64,000 bases of DNA, from positions 3,872,001-3,936,000 of the forward strand of contig OZ220696.1 of the NCBI GenBank assembly GCA_965116495.1, written 5' to 3'. Source of the DNA: Gammaproteobacteria bacterium (GTDB lineage: Bacteria > Pseudomonadota > Gammaproteobacteria > Eutrophobiales > Eutrophobiaceae). Each line of letters begins with the position of its first letter. The first letter of the stretch is position 1. Both the position numbers and the translations under genes were made by a program. Shown here piece by piece: positions 36,630-45,164 of the stretch. A model generated the notes under the pieces. It saw only the letters and a program-made list of their open reading frames with translations, ran no database searches and was not told the origin of the DNA.

Positions 36630-39560
36630 TTACTGGCATGACTCACACTCCGTGTCATCCAGCGTACATATGTTGGTATCTTCCTGCTCGGAGGCTACGC
36701 GCTCGACCGCAGCAAGCTTGTTTTCCCGGCCACCGCTCAGGGTGCTTTTCTCTACGTGCGTTGCGCCCAGGCTGCGCAGGTAGTAAGTTGTCTTGAGTCC
36801 GCGTATCCAGGCCAGTTTGTACAGGTTATCCATTTTTTTACCGTCCGGCGCGGACATGTACAAATTCAGTGACTGTGCCTGATCGATCCATTTCTGCCGG
36901 CGTGACGCGCATTCCACCAACCAGCGCGGGTCTACCTCAAAAGCGGTCGAATAAAGCATTTTCAAATCATCCGGTATGCGGTCTATCTGCTGCACGCTGC
37001 CGTCAAAATACTTGAGATCGCTGACCATGACGTCATCCCAGAGGCCGCGCTCCTTGAGATCGTTCACCATGTAAGGATTGACTACGGTGAACTCGCCGGA
37101 CAGGTTCGATTTGACGAACAGGTTCTGGTAGGTGGGCTCGATGGATTGCGCGACACCACAAATGTTGGAAATGGTTGCAGTGGGTGCAATGGCCATGCAA
37201 TTGGAATTACGCATACCCGTTTTTTTCACGCGTTTGCGTAACCCGGCCCAGTCCAGGTTCTGCGACTTGTCCATATCCAGTAAACCGTCGCGGTTTTTTT
37301 CAAGTATGTCGATGGAATCAATCGGTAAAATTCCCTTGCTCCAGAGTGAACCCTTGAAACTGGTATAAGTGCCGCGCTCTTCGGCCAGGTCGGTTGATGC
37401 CTTGATGGCGCAGTAACTGACCATCTCCATACTGCTGTCGGCGAACTCAATGGCTTCCCTGGACGCGTAGGGCAGGCGCAGTTTGTACAGTGCATCCTGA
37501 AACCCCATGATCCCCATACCTACCGGACGATGTTTCAGGTTGGAGCGGCGCGCCTGCGGCACACTGTAATAGTTGTAGTCGATTACGTTATCCAGCATAC
37601 GCATGGCGACGTTGACGGTGCGCTCCAGTTTTTCCTGGTCGAGCCCGTTTTCCGTCACATGCTGCGCCAGGTTGACGGAACCCAGGTTGCAGACGGCAAT
37701 CTCGTCATCCGAGGTGTTCAGCGTGATCTCGGTACACAGGTTGGATGAATGCACAACGCCGGTATGCTGTTGTGGTGAGCGCAGGTTGCAGGGATCCTTG
37801 AACGTGAGCCAGGGATGGCCGGTTTCGTACAGCATTGAAAGCAGCTTGCGCCACAGGTCAAGCGCCTTGAGGGTCTTGTGAAGTTTAAGCTCGCCGTCAG
37901 CAGCCATTTGCTCATATTCCACGTAGCGCCGATTAAATTCCCGCCCATACAGGTCATGTAAATCCTCGGTATCGTCCGGTGAGAACAGGGTCCAGTCGCC
38001 GCCTTCGCTGACCCGCTGCATGAACAGGTCGGGTATCCAGTTGGCGGTATTCATGTCATGGGTGCGGCGCCGGTCATCACCGGTATTTTTACGCAGTTCC
38101 AGGAACTCCTCGATATCGAGATGCCAGGTCTCCAGGTATGCGCACATGGCGCCCTTTCTTTTCCCACCTTGGTTAACTGCTACGGCGGTGTCGTTGGCAA
38201 CCTTGAGAAAGGGCACGACACCCTGGGATTTCCCGTTGGTTCCTTTAATATGCGCGCCCATTGAGCGCACCCGGCTCCAGTCATTGCCCAGGCCGCCGGC
38301 AAATTTGGATAACAGGGCGTCATCCTTGATCGCGCTGAAGATACCGTCCAGGTTGTCAGGTACCGTGCTCAGGTAGCAACTGGAAAGCTGCGGCCGGCAC
38401 GTTCCTGAATTAAACAGGGTAGGGGTGGAACTCATGAAGTCAAAGGAAGACAGCAGTTCATAAAACTCGATCGTCTTGCTTTCCCGGTCCAGTTCGTTAA
38501 TAGCCAGGCCCATCGCCACCCGCATGAAGAAAACCTGCGGCAGTTCGATACGGACCTGCTCATCGGTATGGATGAAGTAGCGGTCATACAGGGTTTGCAG
38601 GCCCAGGTAGGTGAATAAGTGGTCGCGCTCGGGTTTCAATGCCTTACCCAGGCGGTCCAGGTCGTATTTCACCAGTTCATGGCCCAGTAAATCCAGGGAA
38701 GAAGCCGCTTCAACATACTTGCGGAAATACAGTGGGTATTGTTCCGCCATCTGCGCCTGGGTCGCCTCCACGTCGCCCTGGTTGACATAGCTCAGGGCTT
38801 CCCTGCGTAAGCCGTCCAGCAACAGGCGGGCGGCGACATACGAGTAATTCGGTTCTTTCTCGATCAGCGCCCGGGCGCTCATGACCAATGCGGGATTCAC
38901 GTCAGCCTCATTGACCCCGTCGAATATATTACGCAGTGTGTCGTCAATAATCAGACTGCCGTCGACGTGTTCCAGGCCGCTACAGGCCTCGTTAACGACC
39001 GCGACCAGACGCTCCTTGTCCAGTTTTTTTAACGTACCATTCCTGGTTTTTACATTAATACCGTCCGTTGCATCGATTTGTTCGACGTCCGTCTCCTTTT
39101 CTTTTTCAACGCGGGCCCGGGCCCGTTCTTCCCTGTAGATCACGTACGCGCGCGCAACCTTCTGCTCGCCGGCGCGCATCAATGCCAGTTCGACCTGGTC
39201 CTGGATATCTTCAATATGCACGGTGCCGCCGCTGGACAGCCGGCGCGTCACGCCCCTGACCACCTGTTCGGCAAGCTCCTCTACTTTTTCGTGGACACGG
39301 GTTGATGCTGCGGCTGTTCCCCCTTCCACATCCAGGAACGCCTTGGTGATCGCTACACTGATCTTGGATGCGTCAAAGGCAGTCACTTTGCCGTTGCGGC
39401 GGATAACGTTGTATTCGCCGGGCTGGTAGGTGTTTAATACACCGGTATATTCGGGATTGAGCTGCTCGCCGTTCTGTCTGGCAGGCTCGTTGCCGGTGTG
39501 AATCCTGTCGGCACTTATGTCAACTACGGACTCCGCCACAACGGATTTTTCGCTTTGCAT
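36630..39560 (-). CDS. nrdA: Ribonucleotide reductase class Ia alpha subunit with two ATP cones
   Basis: Two cones (VIRRNG; VKTRNG), TPTLFN.G, QLSSC, SSNLCTEI, VCNLGS, APTATIS, KTTYY, C-terminal CESCQ. Confidence 0.97.
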   Translation of the reverse strand: MQSEKSVVAESVVDISADRIHTGNEPARQNGEQLNPEYTGVLNTYQPGEYNVIRRNGKVTAFDASKISVAITKAFLDVEGGTAAASTRVHEKVEELAEQVVRGVTRRLSSGGTVHIEDIQDQVELALMRAGEQKVARAYVIYREERARARVEKEKETDVEQIDATDGINVKTRNGTLKKLDKERLVAVVNEACSGLEHVDGSLIIDDTLRNIFDGVNEADVNPALVMSARALIEKEPNYSYVAARLLLDGLRREALSYVNQGDVEATQAQMAEQYPLYFRKYVEAASSLDLLGHELVKYDLDRLGKALKPERDHLFTYLGLQTLYDRYFIHTDEQVRIELPQVFFMRVAMGLAINELDRESKTIEFYELLSSFDFMSSTPTLFNSGTCRPQLSSCYLSTVPDNLDGIFSAIKDDALLSKFAGGLGNDWSRVRSMGAHIKGTNGKSQGVVPFLKVANDTAVAVNQGGKRKGAMCAYLETWHLDIEEFLELRKNTGDDRRRTHDMNTANWIPDLFMQRVSEGGDWTLFSPDDTEDLHDLYGREFNRRYVEYEQMAADGELKLHKTLKALDLWRKLLSMLYETGHPWLTFKDPCNLRSPQQHTGVVHSSNLCTEITLNTSDDEIAVCNLGSVNLAQHVTENGLDQEKLERTVNVAMRMLDNVIDYNYYSVPQARRSNLKHRPVGMGIMGFQDALYKLRLPYASREAIEFADSSMEMVSYCAIKASTDLAEERGTYTSFKGSLWSKGILPIDSIDILEKNRDGLLDMDKSQNLDWAGLRKRVKKTGMRNSNCMAIAPTATISNICGVAQSIEPTYQNLFVKSNLSGEFTVVNPYMVNDLKERGLWDDVMVSDLKYFDGSVQQIDRIPDDLKMLYSTAFEVDPRWLVECASRRQKWIDQAQSLNLYMSAPDGKKMDNLYKLAWIRGLKTTYYLRSLGATHVEKSTLSGGRENKLAAVERVASEQEDTNICTLDDTECESCQ

Positions 39561-39661
39561 AGGCCCTATCCGCGCATCTTATTCTTGTTGAGTGCCGTTC
39601 GCGGGACTGGTCAGGAATCCGAAAACGGGATGAAGTTTGTTACGTAAGGCTCATTATTACA

Positions 39662-39708
39662 CCACCATATTGTGTGGTCAAGTATTATTTTACTACAATA
39701 TCTTGTGG
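39662..39708 (-). promoter_or_regulatory. Tandem NrdR boxes upstream of nrdA
   Basis: CCACCATATTGTGTGG (39662) and CTACAATATCTTGTGG (39693), 31 bp apart, resembling acaCwAtATaTwGtgt. Confidence 0.7.
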
Positions 39709-39775
39709 ATTTTGTTGTGGTTTAGCGTTGAATTTCGTGTGGATAAGCTGAGTAAAAAGAAGGAGGTCAAAACAA

Positions 39776-41203
39776 ATGTCGACACAAAAAGCAAAAATAC
39801 GGGCGGATGTGGCGGTACTGGGATCCGGTCCCGGCGGCTACACGGCGGCATTCCGCGCCGCGGACCTGGGCATGAAGACCGTTCTGGTCGAGCGCTATCC
39901 CAGCCTGGGTGGCGTATGCCTGAACGTCGGCTGTATCCCCTCCAAAGCCCTACTGCATGTCGCCAGGGTGATCAGTGATGCCAGGGAGGCAGCCGCATAC
40001 GGGATTGAGTTCGGCGGACCGGATATAGATCGGACCAGGCTGCTGCGCTGGAAGGACAAGGTATTATCCCGGCTCACCACCGGCCTGAAAGGGTTGGCAG
40101 GAAAAAGAAAAGTTGCGCTGATCCAGGGTACGGGCCAGTTTGCCTCGCCCAACCGGATTACCGTAGACACCGGGGACGGAACACAGGATGTGGAATTCGA
40201 CAAAGCCATTATTGCCGTCGGGTCCCGATCGATAAGCCTGCCGGACTGCCCGGATGATCCCCGTGTGATGGATTCAACCGACGCCCTGGCTTTGCCGGAT
40301 ATACCGTCAAGGCTACTCATCATCGGCGGCGGGATCATCGGCCTGGAAATGGCTACGGTATACCACGAATTAGGCAGTAGGGTTACCGTGGTGGAACTGC
40401 TGGATAACCTGATGACGGGGGCCGACCCCGACCTGGTGAAACCCCTGCATAAACGCATAACCGGGCAATACGAGAATATTTACACGGGCACCCGCGTGAC
40501 CGGGATCAAGCCCTCCGAAAAAGGTTTGACGGTGGGCTTTTCCGGCTCCAGGGCGCCATCCGGGGACACCTTTGACCGGGTCCTGGTGGCGGTGGGCCGG
40601 CAGCCTGGCGGTAAACATATCGGCGCCGCTAACGCCGGTATCAATGTCGATGAGCGGGGATTTATCCCGGTGGACAAACAGCAGCGTACCAACGTTGCCA
40701 ATATCTTCGCCGTGGGTGACGTGGTCGGTGAACCCATGCTGGCCCACAAGGCCAGCCACGAGGGGAAGGTGGCCGCGCAGGTCGCCGCCGGGTTGAACAG
40801 CGCATTCGACGCCAGGGTTATCCCCTCGGTGGCCTATACGGACCCGGAGGTGGCCTGGATCGGCATCACGGAAGCGGAGGCGGAGCAGCAGGGGCTCAAT
40901 TACGGAAAGGGCGCGTTTCCCTGGGCGGCCAGCGGGCGTTCCCTGAGCCTGGGACGCAACGAGGGGTTGACCAAACTGCTGTTCGATGAACAGACCCGGC
41001 AGGTCATCGGCGCTGGCATCGTCGGTCCCAACGCCGGTGACCTGATCGCGGAAGTAGCCCTGGCCATAGAGATGGATTGCACTGCCGAAGACATCGGCCT
41101 GACCATCCATCCCCATCCCACCTTGTCGGAAACCGTCGCCTTCGCCGCCGACATGTACGAGGGGACCATTACGGATTTGTATGTGGGGGGTAAAGGGGAT
41201 TAG
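39776..41203 (+). CDS. lpdA: Dihydrolipoamide dehydrogenase
   Basis: GSGPGGY, GGVCLNVGCIPSK, GGGIIGLE, MLAHKA, HPHPTLSE. Confidence 0.96.
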   Translation: MSTQKAKIRADVAVLGSGPGGYTAAFRAADLGMKTVLVERYPSLGGVCLNVGCIPSKALLHVARVISDAREAAAYGIEFGGPDIDRTRLLRWKDKVLSRLTTGLKGLAGKRKVALIQGTGQFASPNRITVDTGDGTQDVEFDKAIIAVGSRSISLPDCPDDPRVMDSTDALALPDIPSRLLIIGGGIIGLEMATVYHELGSRVTVVELLDNLMTGADPDLVKPLHKRITGQYENIYTGTRVTGIKPSEKGLTVGFSGSRAPSGDTFDRVLVAVGRQPGGKHIGAANAGINVDERGFIPVDKQQRTNVANIFAVGDVVGEPMLAHKASHEGKVAAQVAAGLNSAFDARVIPSVAYTDPEVAWIGITEAEAEQQGLNYGKGAFPWAASGRSLSLGRNEGLTKLLFDEQTRQVIGAGIVGPNAGDLIAEVALAIEMDCTAEDIGLTIHPHPTLSETVAFAADMYEGTITDLYVGGKGD

Positions 41204-41342
41204 CAATTACGAATTGGGAATTCGTCCCTCACAAGCAAGGTCAAAGCTACGGCCGGTATGTCTCTGCAATTGTAAATTGTCAGGCGGGTCAATATACTTG
41301 CCGTGTAACAAGACTTAACAACCACTCAGAGGATGTCACGTC

Positions 41343-42095
41343 ATGCCAGCCACAACCGGAATTTACCGGTCGGATCGAATTTCCGAATCTATCGGATCTT
41401 TGCGCATCATCCTGTTATTGGCAGCATCGCTGCTGCTAGCCGCAGGTTGTACTACCACCCAGGATTTTTCCACCATATCGGCCCTGGAATCCCAGGATGA
41501 AGGAATAGAAATCGTATTAATGCCGTTGGACGTGGAGTTATCCGTCCTGACCATGGGCGGCATTCTGGAGCCCCGCGCCGACTGGACCAGGGATGCAAAA
41601 CAACACATATTGACTGCACTGGAGACGGAACAACAGACGCGCGGTTCCAGGATGCTGCATTATGAACAGCCCGATGGCAATGATCCCCTGGCCGAGCGCT
41701 TGGTGGAACTGGAGCGTTTACACGGCGCCGTGGGACTGGCAATACAAAAGCATCAATATGAAGGGATGAAGTTGCCCACAAAAAATGGTGCACTCGATTG
41801 GACCCTGGGGCCGGAAGTAACGACACTCGCACAAAAATACAATGCTGATTACGCCCTGTTTATACGAGTCAGGAACAGTTACAGCAGCGCCGGCCGTGTT
41901 CTGGCGAGACTGGCCGCCGCAGCGCTCGGCGTTTATATGCAAGGTGGCGAACAACAAGGGTTTGCTTCCCTGGTTGACCTGCGTAGCGGTGATATTGTCT
42001 GGTTCAATCGTTTAATCAGTATAGTTGGTGATTTGCGTACGGAAGAACCCGCGGCAAAGACAGTCTCACTGTTGCTGGAAGGTTTACCGCAATAA
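41343..42095 (+). CDS. Hypothetical lipoprotein
   Basis: Lipobox LLAAGC; ADYALF and SLVDL..G.IVWFN motifs. Confidence 0.75.
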   Translation: MPATTGIYRSDRISESIGSLRIILLLAASLLLAAGCTTTQDFSTISALESQDEGIEIVLMPLDVELSVLTMGGILEPRADWTRDAKQHILTALETEQQTRGSRMLHYEQPDGNDPLAERLVELERLHGAVGLAIQKHQYEGMKLPTKNGALDWTLGPEVTTLAQKYNADYALFIRVRNSYSSAGRVLARLAAAALGVYMQGGEQQGFASLVDLRSGDIVWFNRLISIVGDLRTEEPAAKTVSLLLEGLPQ

Positions 42096-42121
42096 ACATC
42101 GTGTTGGAGGGGATGCGGAGC

Positions 42122-43327
42122 ATGTTTCGTAATAGCCTAGTCCTGTGTTGCATGTTGCTGGCCGGCCTCAGCGCGGCTGCTACGGAATTCCAGCCCTTGG
42201 ACACGAAAGTCAGTCCCGGACATGTACCTGATGCAGCGGGTATTGAGGCCGGTTTATGGATGCGGGTTGAGCAGCACGAAACGGATGTCAGAAACTCACC
42301 TCGGCGTATTCGCGACGACGCGATCAACCAGTATCTCTATGGTATTGTTTGTCGGTTATCTCCAGATTACTGCGAAGATATACGTTTGTACATCACCCGT
42401 GTGCCTTACTTCAATGCCACTATGGCGCCGAACGGATTGATGACGATTTGGTCCGGCTTGTTACTGAGAGTCCACAATGAGGCGCAGCTTGCCGCCATTC
42501 TGGGCCATGAGTTGGGTCATTATTTGCGCCAGCACGGTCTTGAAGACTTCAAGGATGCAAAGCTCAAATCCAACATAGGGGCATTGCTTGCCCTGGGCTT
42601 TGGATTTGCCACTATTACAGATATCTGGAATGCAGATATTTATTCTGATAGTAATAATATTGGACAATACATTTTGCTCGCGAGTCGGTATGCACATAGC
42701 CGATCCGCCGAGCGAGAAGCAGATCAATTTGGCATACAGTTGATGTCTGAAGCTGGTTACGATCCGTTCGAGGCTGCCAGGGTCTGGAAAAATATCATTG
42801 ATGAGGAAGAAGCGGCAAAACATGGCAAACTTCATGGCTCACTTTTCTTTGCGACACATCCGGCGCCCAGCGACCGCTTGATAACCCTGGATGCTTATGC
42901 TCGCATATTGACGTCAGGCGCAACGGAGCACGGAGAAGTGGCAACCGACAGGTTCATGCAGTATATGGCGCCGTACTGGAGGACATTGTTGGAGGATGAA
43001 TTGCGTTTGAACCAACCGGGGAAAACGAAATACATCCTCGACAATTTAATCGATAACAATGTTGTGCCCGGGATCGTACATTTTTACAAAGGGGAGTTGT
43101 ATAGACAGAGAAAGGAAACAGGCGACACCGACCTGGCGCGCCAACATTACCGGCAGGCGTTACAGGCCGATTATTTTCTTCCCGAAACCTACCGTTCGCT
43201 GGGCTTGTTGCACCTGAAGGAAAAACGCATGCCGGAGGCCAGGGAGAACCTGAAGCGGTACCTTGCGGCATCTCCTGACGCGGAAGACCGGGAAATGATT
43301 GAATACTACCTGACAATGGGGCAATAA
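42122..43327 (+). CDS. M48-family zinc metalloprotease with C-terminal TPR
   Basis: Signal peptide, FNA...PNG, EAQLAA.LGHELGH, SR..E.EAD, F.THP, TPR helices. Confidence 0.9.
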   Translation: MFRNSLVLCCMLLAGLSAAATEFQPLDTKVSPGHVPDAAGIEAGLWMRVEQHETDVRNSPRRIRDDAINQYLYGIVCRLSPDYCEDIRLYITRVPYFNATMAPNGLMTIWSGLLLRVHNEAQLAAILGHELGHYLRQHGLEDFKDAKLKSNIGALLALGFGFATITDIWNADIYSDSNNIGQYILLASRYAHSRSAEREADQFGIQLMSEAGYDPFEAARVWKNIIDEEEAAKHGKLHGSLFFATHPAPSDRLITLDAYARILTSGATEHGEVATDRFMQYMAPYWRTLLEDELRLNQPGKTKYILDNLIDNNVVPGIVHFYKGELYRQRKETGDTDLARQHYRQALQADYFLPETYRSLGLLHLKEKRMPEARENLKRYLAASPDAEDREMIEYYLTMGQ

Positions 43328-43330
43328 CAC

Positions 43331-43894
43331 ATGAACAGACTGCTCATTCTTGCCGGCGTCCTTCTGTTGAGCGCCTGTAACCAGTACACATTGGTTCAAC
43401 CCGGGCTTGTTGAGGTACAACAGATTGGGGTGTCTCCAACCAAACCCTGGAATGCAGCGCCTCCCGCGGATCGTATGGGGGGTTACCCGACCTGGACAAC
43501 TGACGGAGTTATCCTGAATTCTGTGACATTTTTCCCGGCGATAAAAAACGGGAAACCCCTGTTCAAATCAAGGCGTGATGATCCGTATCCGGCTTTTACT
43601 ACTGATTTGTTGCCGAATGAGATAGTGGAAATCGTCGAATCCTCCATCGCGAAAGAACTTGGGGCCACGATTTCCGGGAGCAGCGGATTAAAGCCGTTGA
43701 CGATTGACGGCAACCCGGGCTTTCAGTCAAGCTTTGATTTCATCGCCGGCGACGTTCCCCGGCGCGCTTTCGTTGCCGGCGCGGTAAAAGGGGAGGCATT
43801 GTACCTGATGCTTTACCAGGCAACAGATCTCTATTACTACGATAAATACCTGGAAGATGTCATGTCCATGGCTGCGGGGATGAGGTTGAATTAA
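43331..43894 (+). CDS. Hypothetical lipoprotein
   Basis: Lipobox LLSAC; WT.DG..LN...F motif; 3-bp gap after the M48 gene. Confidence 0.78.
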   Translation: MNRLLILAGVLLLSACNQYTLVQPGLVEVQQIGVSPTKPWNAAPPADRMGGYPTWTTDGVILNSVTFFPAIKNGKPLFKSRRDDPYPAFTTDLLPNEIVEIVESSIAKELGATISGSSGLKPLTIDGNPGFQSSFDFIAGDVPRRAFVAGAVKGEALYLMLYQATDLYYYDKYLEDVMSMAAGMRLN

Positions 43895-44172
43895 GAGATT
43901 TTGACAAGTGCCATTGCCTCATCGTGGTCAGTATCCACGGATGGTGAGAATTCATCCCTGAGTCGGTTTAAACAAATCTGAAAAATTTTCTGTTCAATGC
44001 GTCCGGTTCGTTTTGCTTTCAGCAGGACATGGCGAATTTCGTACCAGAAAATGTACGGCACGATAATATCCTCGCTATCCGGTCGTTCCATTATTATCCG
44101 AGCGGAATCACTATGTTCCTCATCGCGTAATAACTGGGCTATCATCACCGAAGCGTCAATTACTATAGCCAT
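43891..44172 (-). pseudogene. vapC: C-terminally truncated PIN/VapC toxin
   Basis: IVIDASV...W.EI; only 93 aa and lacks the distal YDA/D acidic residues. Confidence 0.7.
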
Positions 44173-44504
44173 CAGCGCCGCCCTTCCTCTTTCCAACGTC
44201 GAATCTCTTCTTGAGTCACCGGTTTCATGGATGTCTTCAGTTCGCTTGAAGCTGTGAGGGCTCTTCTCAGGATAAAGGCGCGGAAAGTTGTATATTCATC
44301 ACTGAATTCGGATTGATTGATGCGCGTGTACCTCCAGATATCACCAGTGGTTTTACTTACACGCTTGCACCAATCCCGCGCCGCGGCGTCTTTCTCCCCG
44401 GTTCCTTCCCATACCCGGCCTTTGGTTTCGATAATCCAGTTTACCTCACCATCCCGGGTTTTCTGTACTGCCACCCAATCGGGATGGTTTTCCCCGAGCC
44501 AGGT
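44172..44504 (-). pseudogene. Type III restriction-endonuclease-like C-terminal fragment ending in an antitoxin-like tail
   Basis: ...LGENHPDWVAV...IIETKG...KD.AA..WC followed by ...QEEIRRWKEEGRR*; TGATG-coupled to vapC. Confidence 0.6.
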
Positions 44505-44601
44505 CCTGCAATTACGAGTAATGGGCCGCCCGCGTGGCCAACGATTTTACGTTGGGCGCTATTCAGGTCCGGGTAGTGCTTTTTTATATCAGACGCTATC
44601 G

Positions 44602-44853
44602 TCACAGCAGACCCTCCTTGCGGAAGCTGAAGACTTCTTGCGCTGATATTATCAGGTGGTCCAGGACTCGTAATTGAATAGTCTCGGCAGCCAGTACGAT
44701 AGCCCGAGTGAGGATTTTGTCATGTTCACTTGGTTGCACTCGGCCATTAGGGTGATTGTGTGCCAACACGATTGCTGCAGCTCCTCTCCTCATTGACGCC
44801 TCTACTACTCGGCGTGGATAAACTACCGCCCGGTCTACAGTTCCTTGATACAT
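44602..44853 (-). pseudogene. RadC JAB-domain C-terminal fragment
   Basis: GTVD...VYPR, LAHNHP.G...PS..D, LDHLII, SF...GLL. Confidence 0.8.
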
Positions 44854-45074
44854 ACCAGCTTGTCCCGGTGCAGGGAAAGAAACGCCTCGGCATCCTGCAA
44901 CTGCGCCAGGTGTGAATGCCGTTCCAGGTCAAGGTACAATGAACCCGGCCAGGATGCCATCACAGACTTCGCCAGCGTAGTCTTCCCCACCTGCCTGGGC
45001 CCGAGAATGGCCACGGCAGGGAAATGCGCCAGGTCGTCGATAACGGTCTGTCTGGTTTCCCGTTCGATAAACAT
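44835..45074 (-). pseudogene. AAA+ ATPase (DUF4143-associated type) N-terminal fragment
   Basis: GPRQVGKTTLA Walker A and YLDLE; breaks at the Walker B (LVCI-KEL* where DE is expected). Confidence 0.8.
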
Positions 45075-45164
45075 GTGCTAATTATAAATCACATTTTCAA
45101 TTAGCACACAATGCAAGTTAGATTGGTGAATCTAAACCTCCTGTCCTGGTAGTGACATAGCCCG

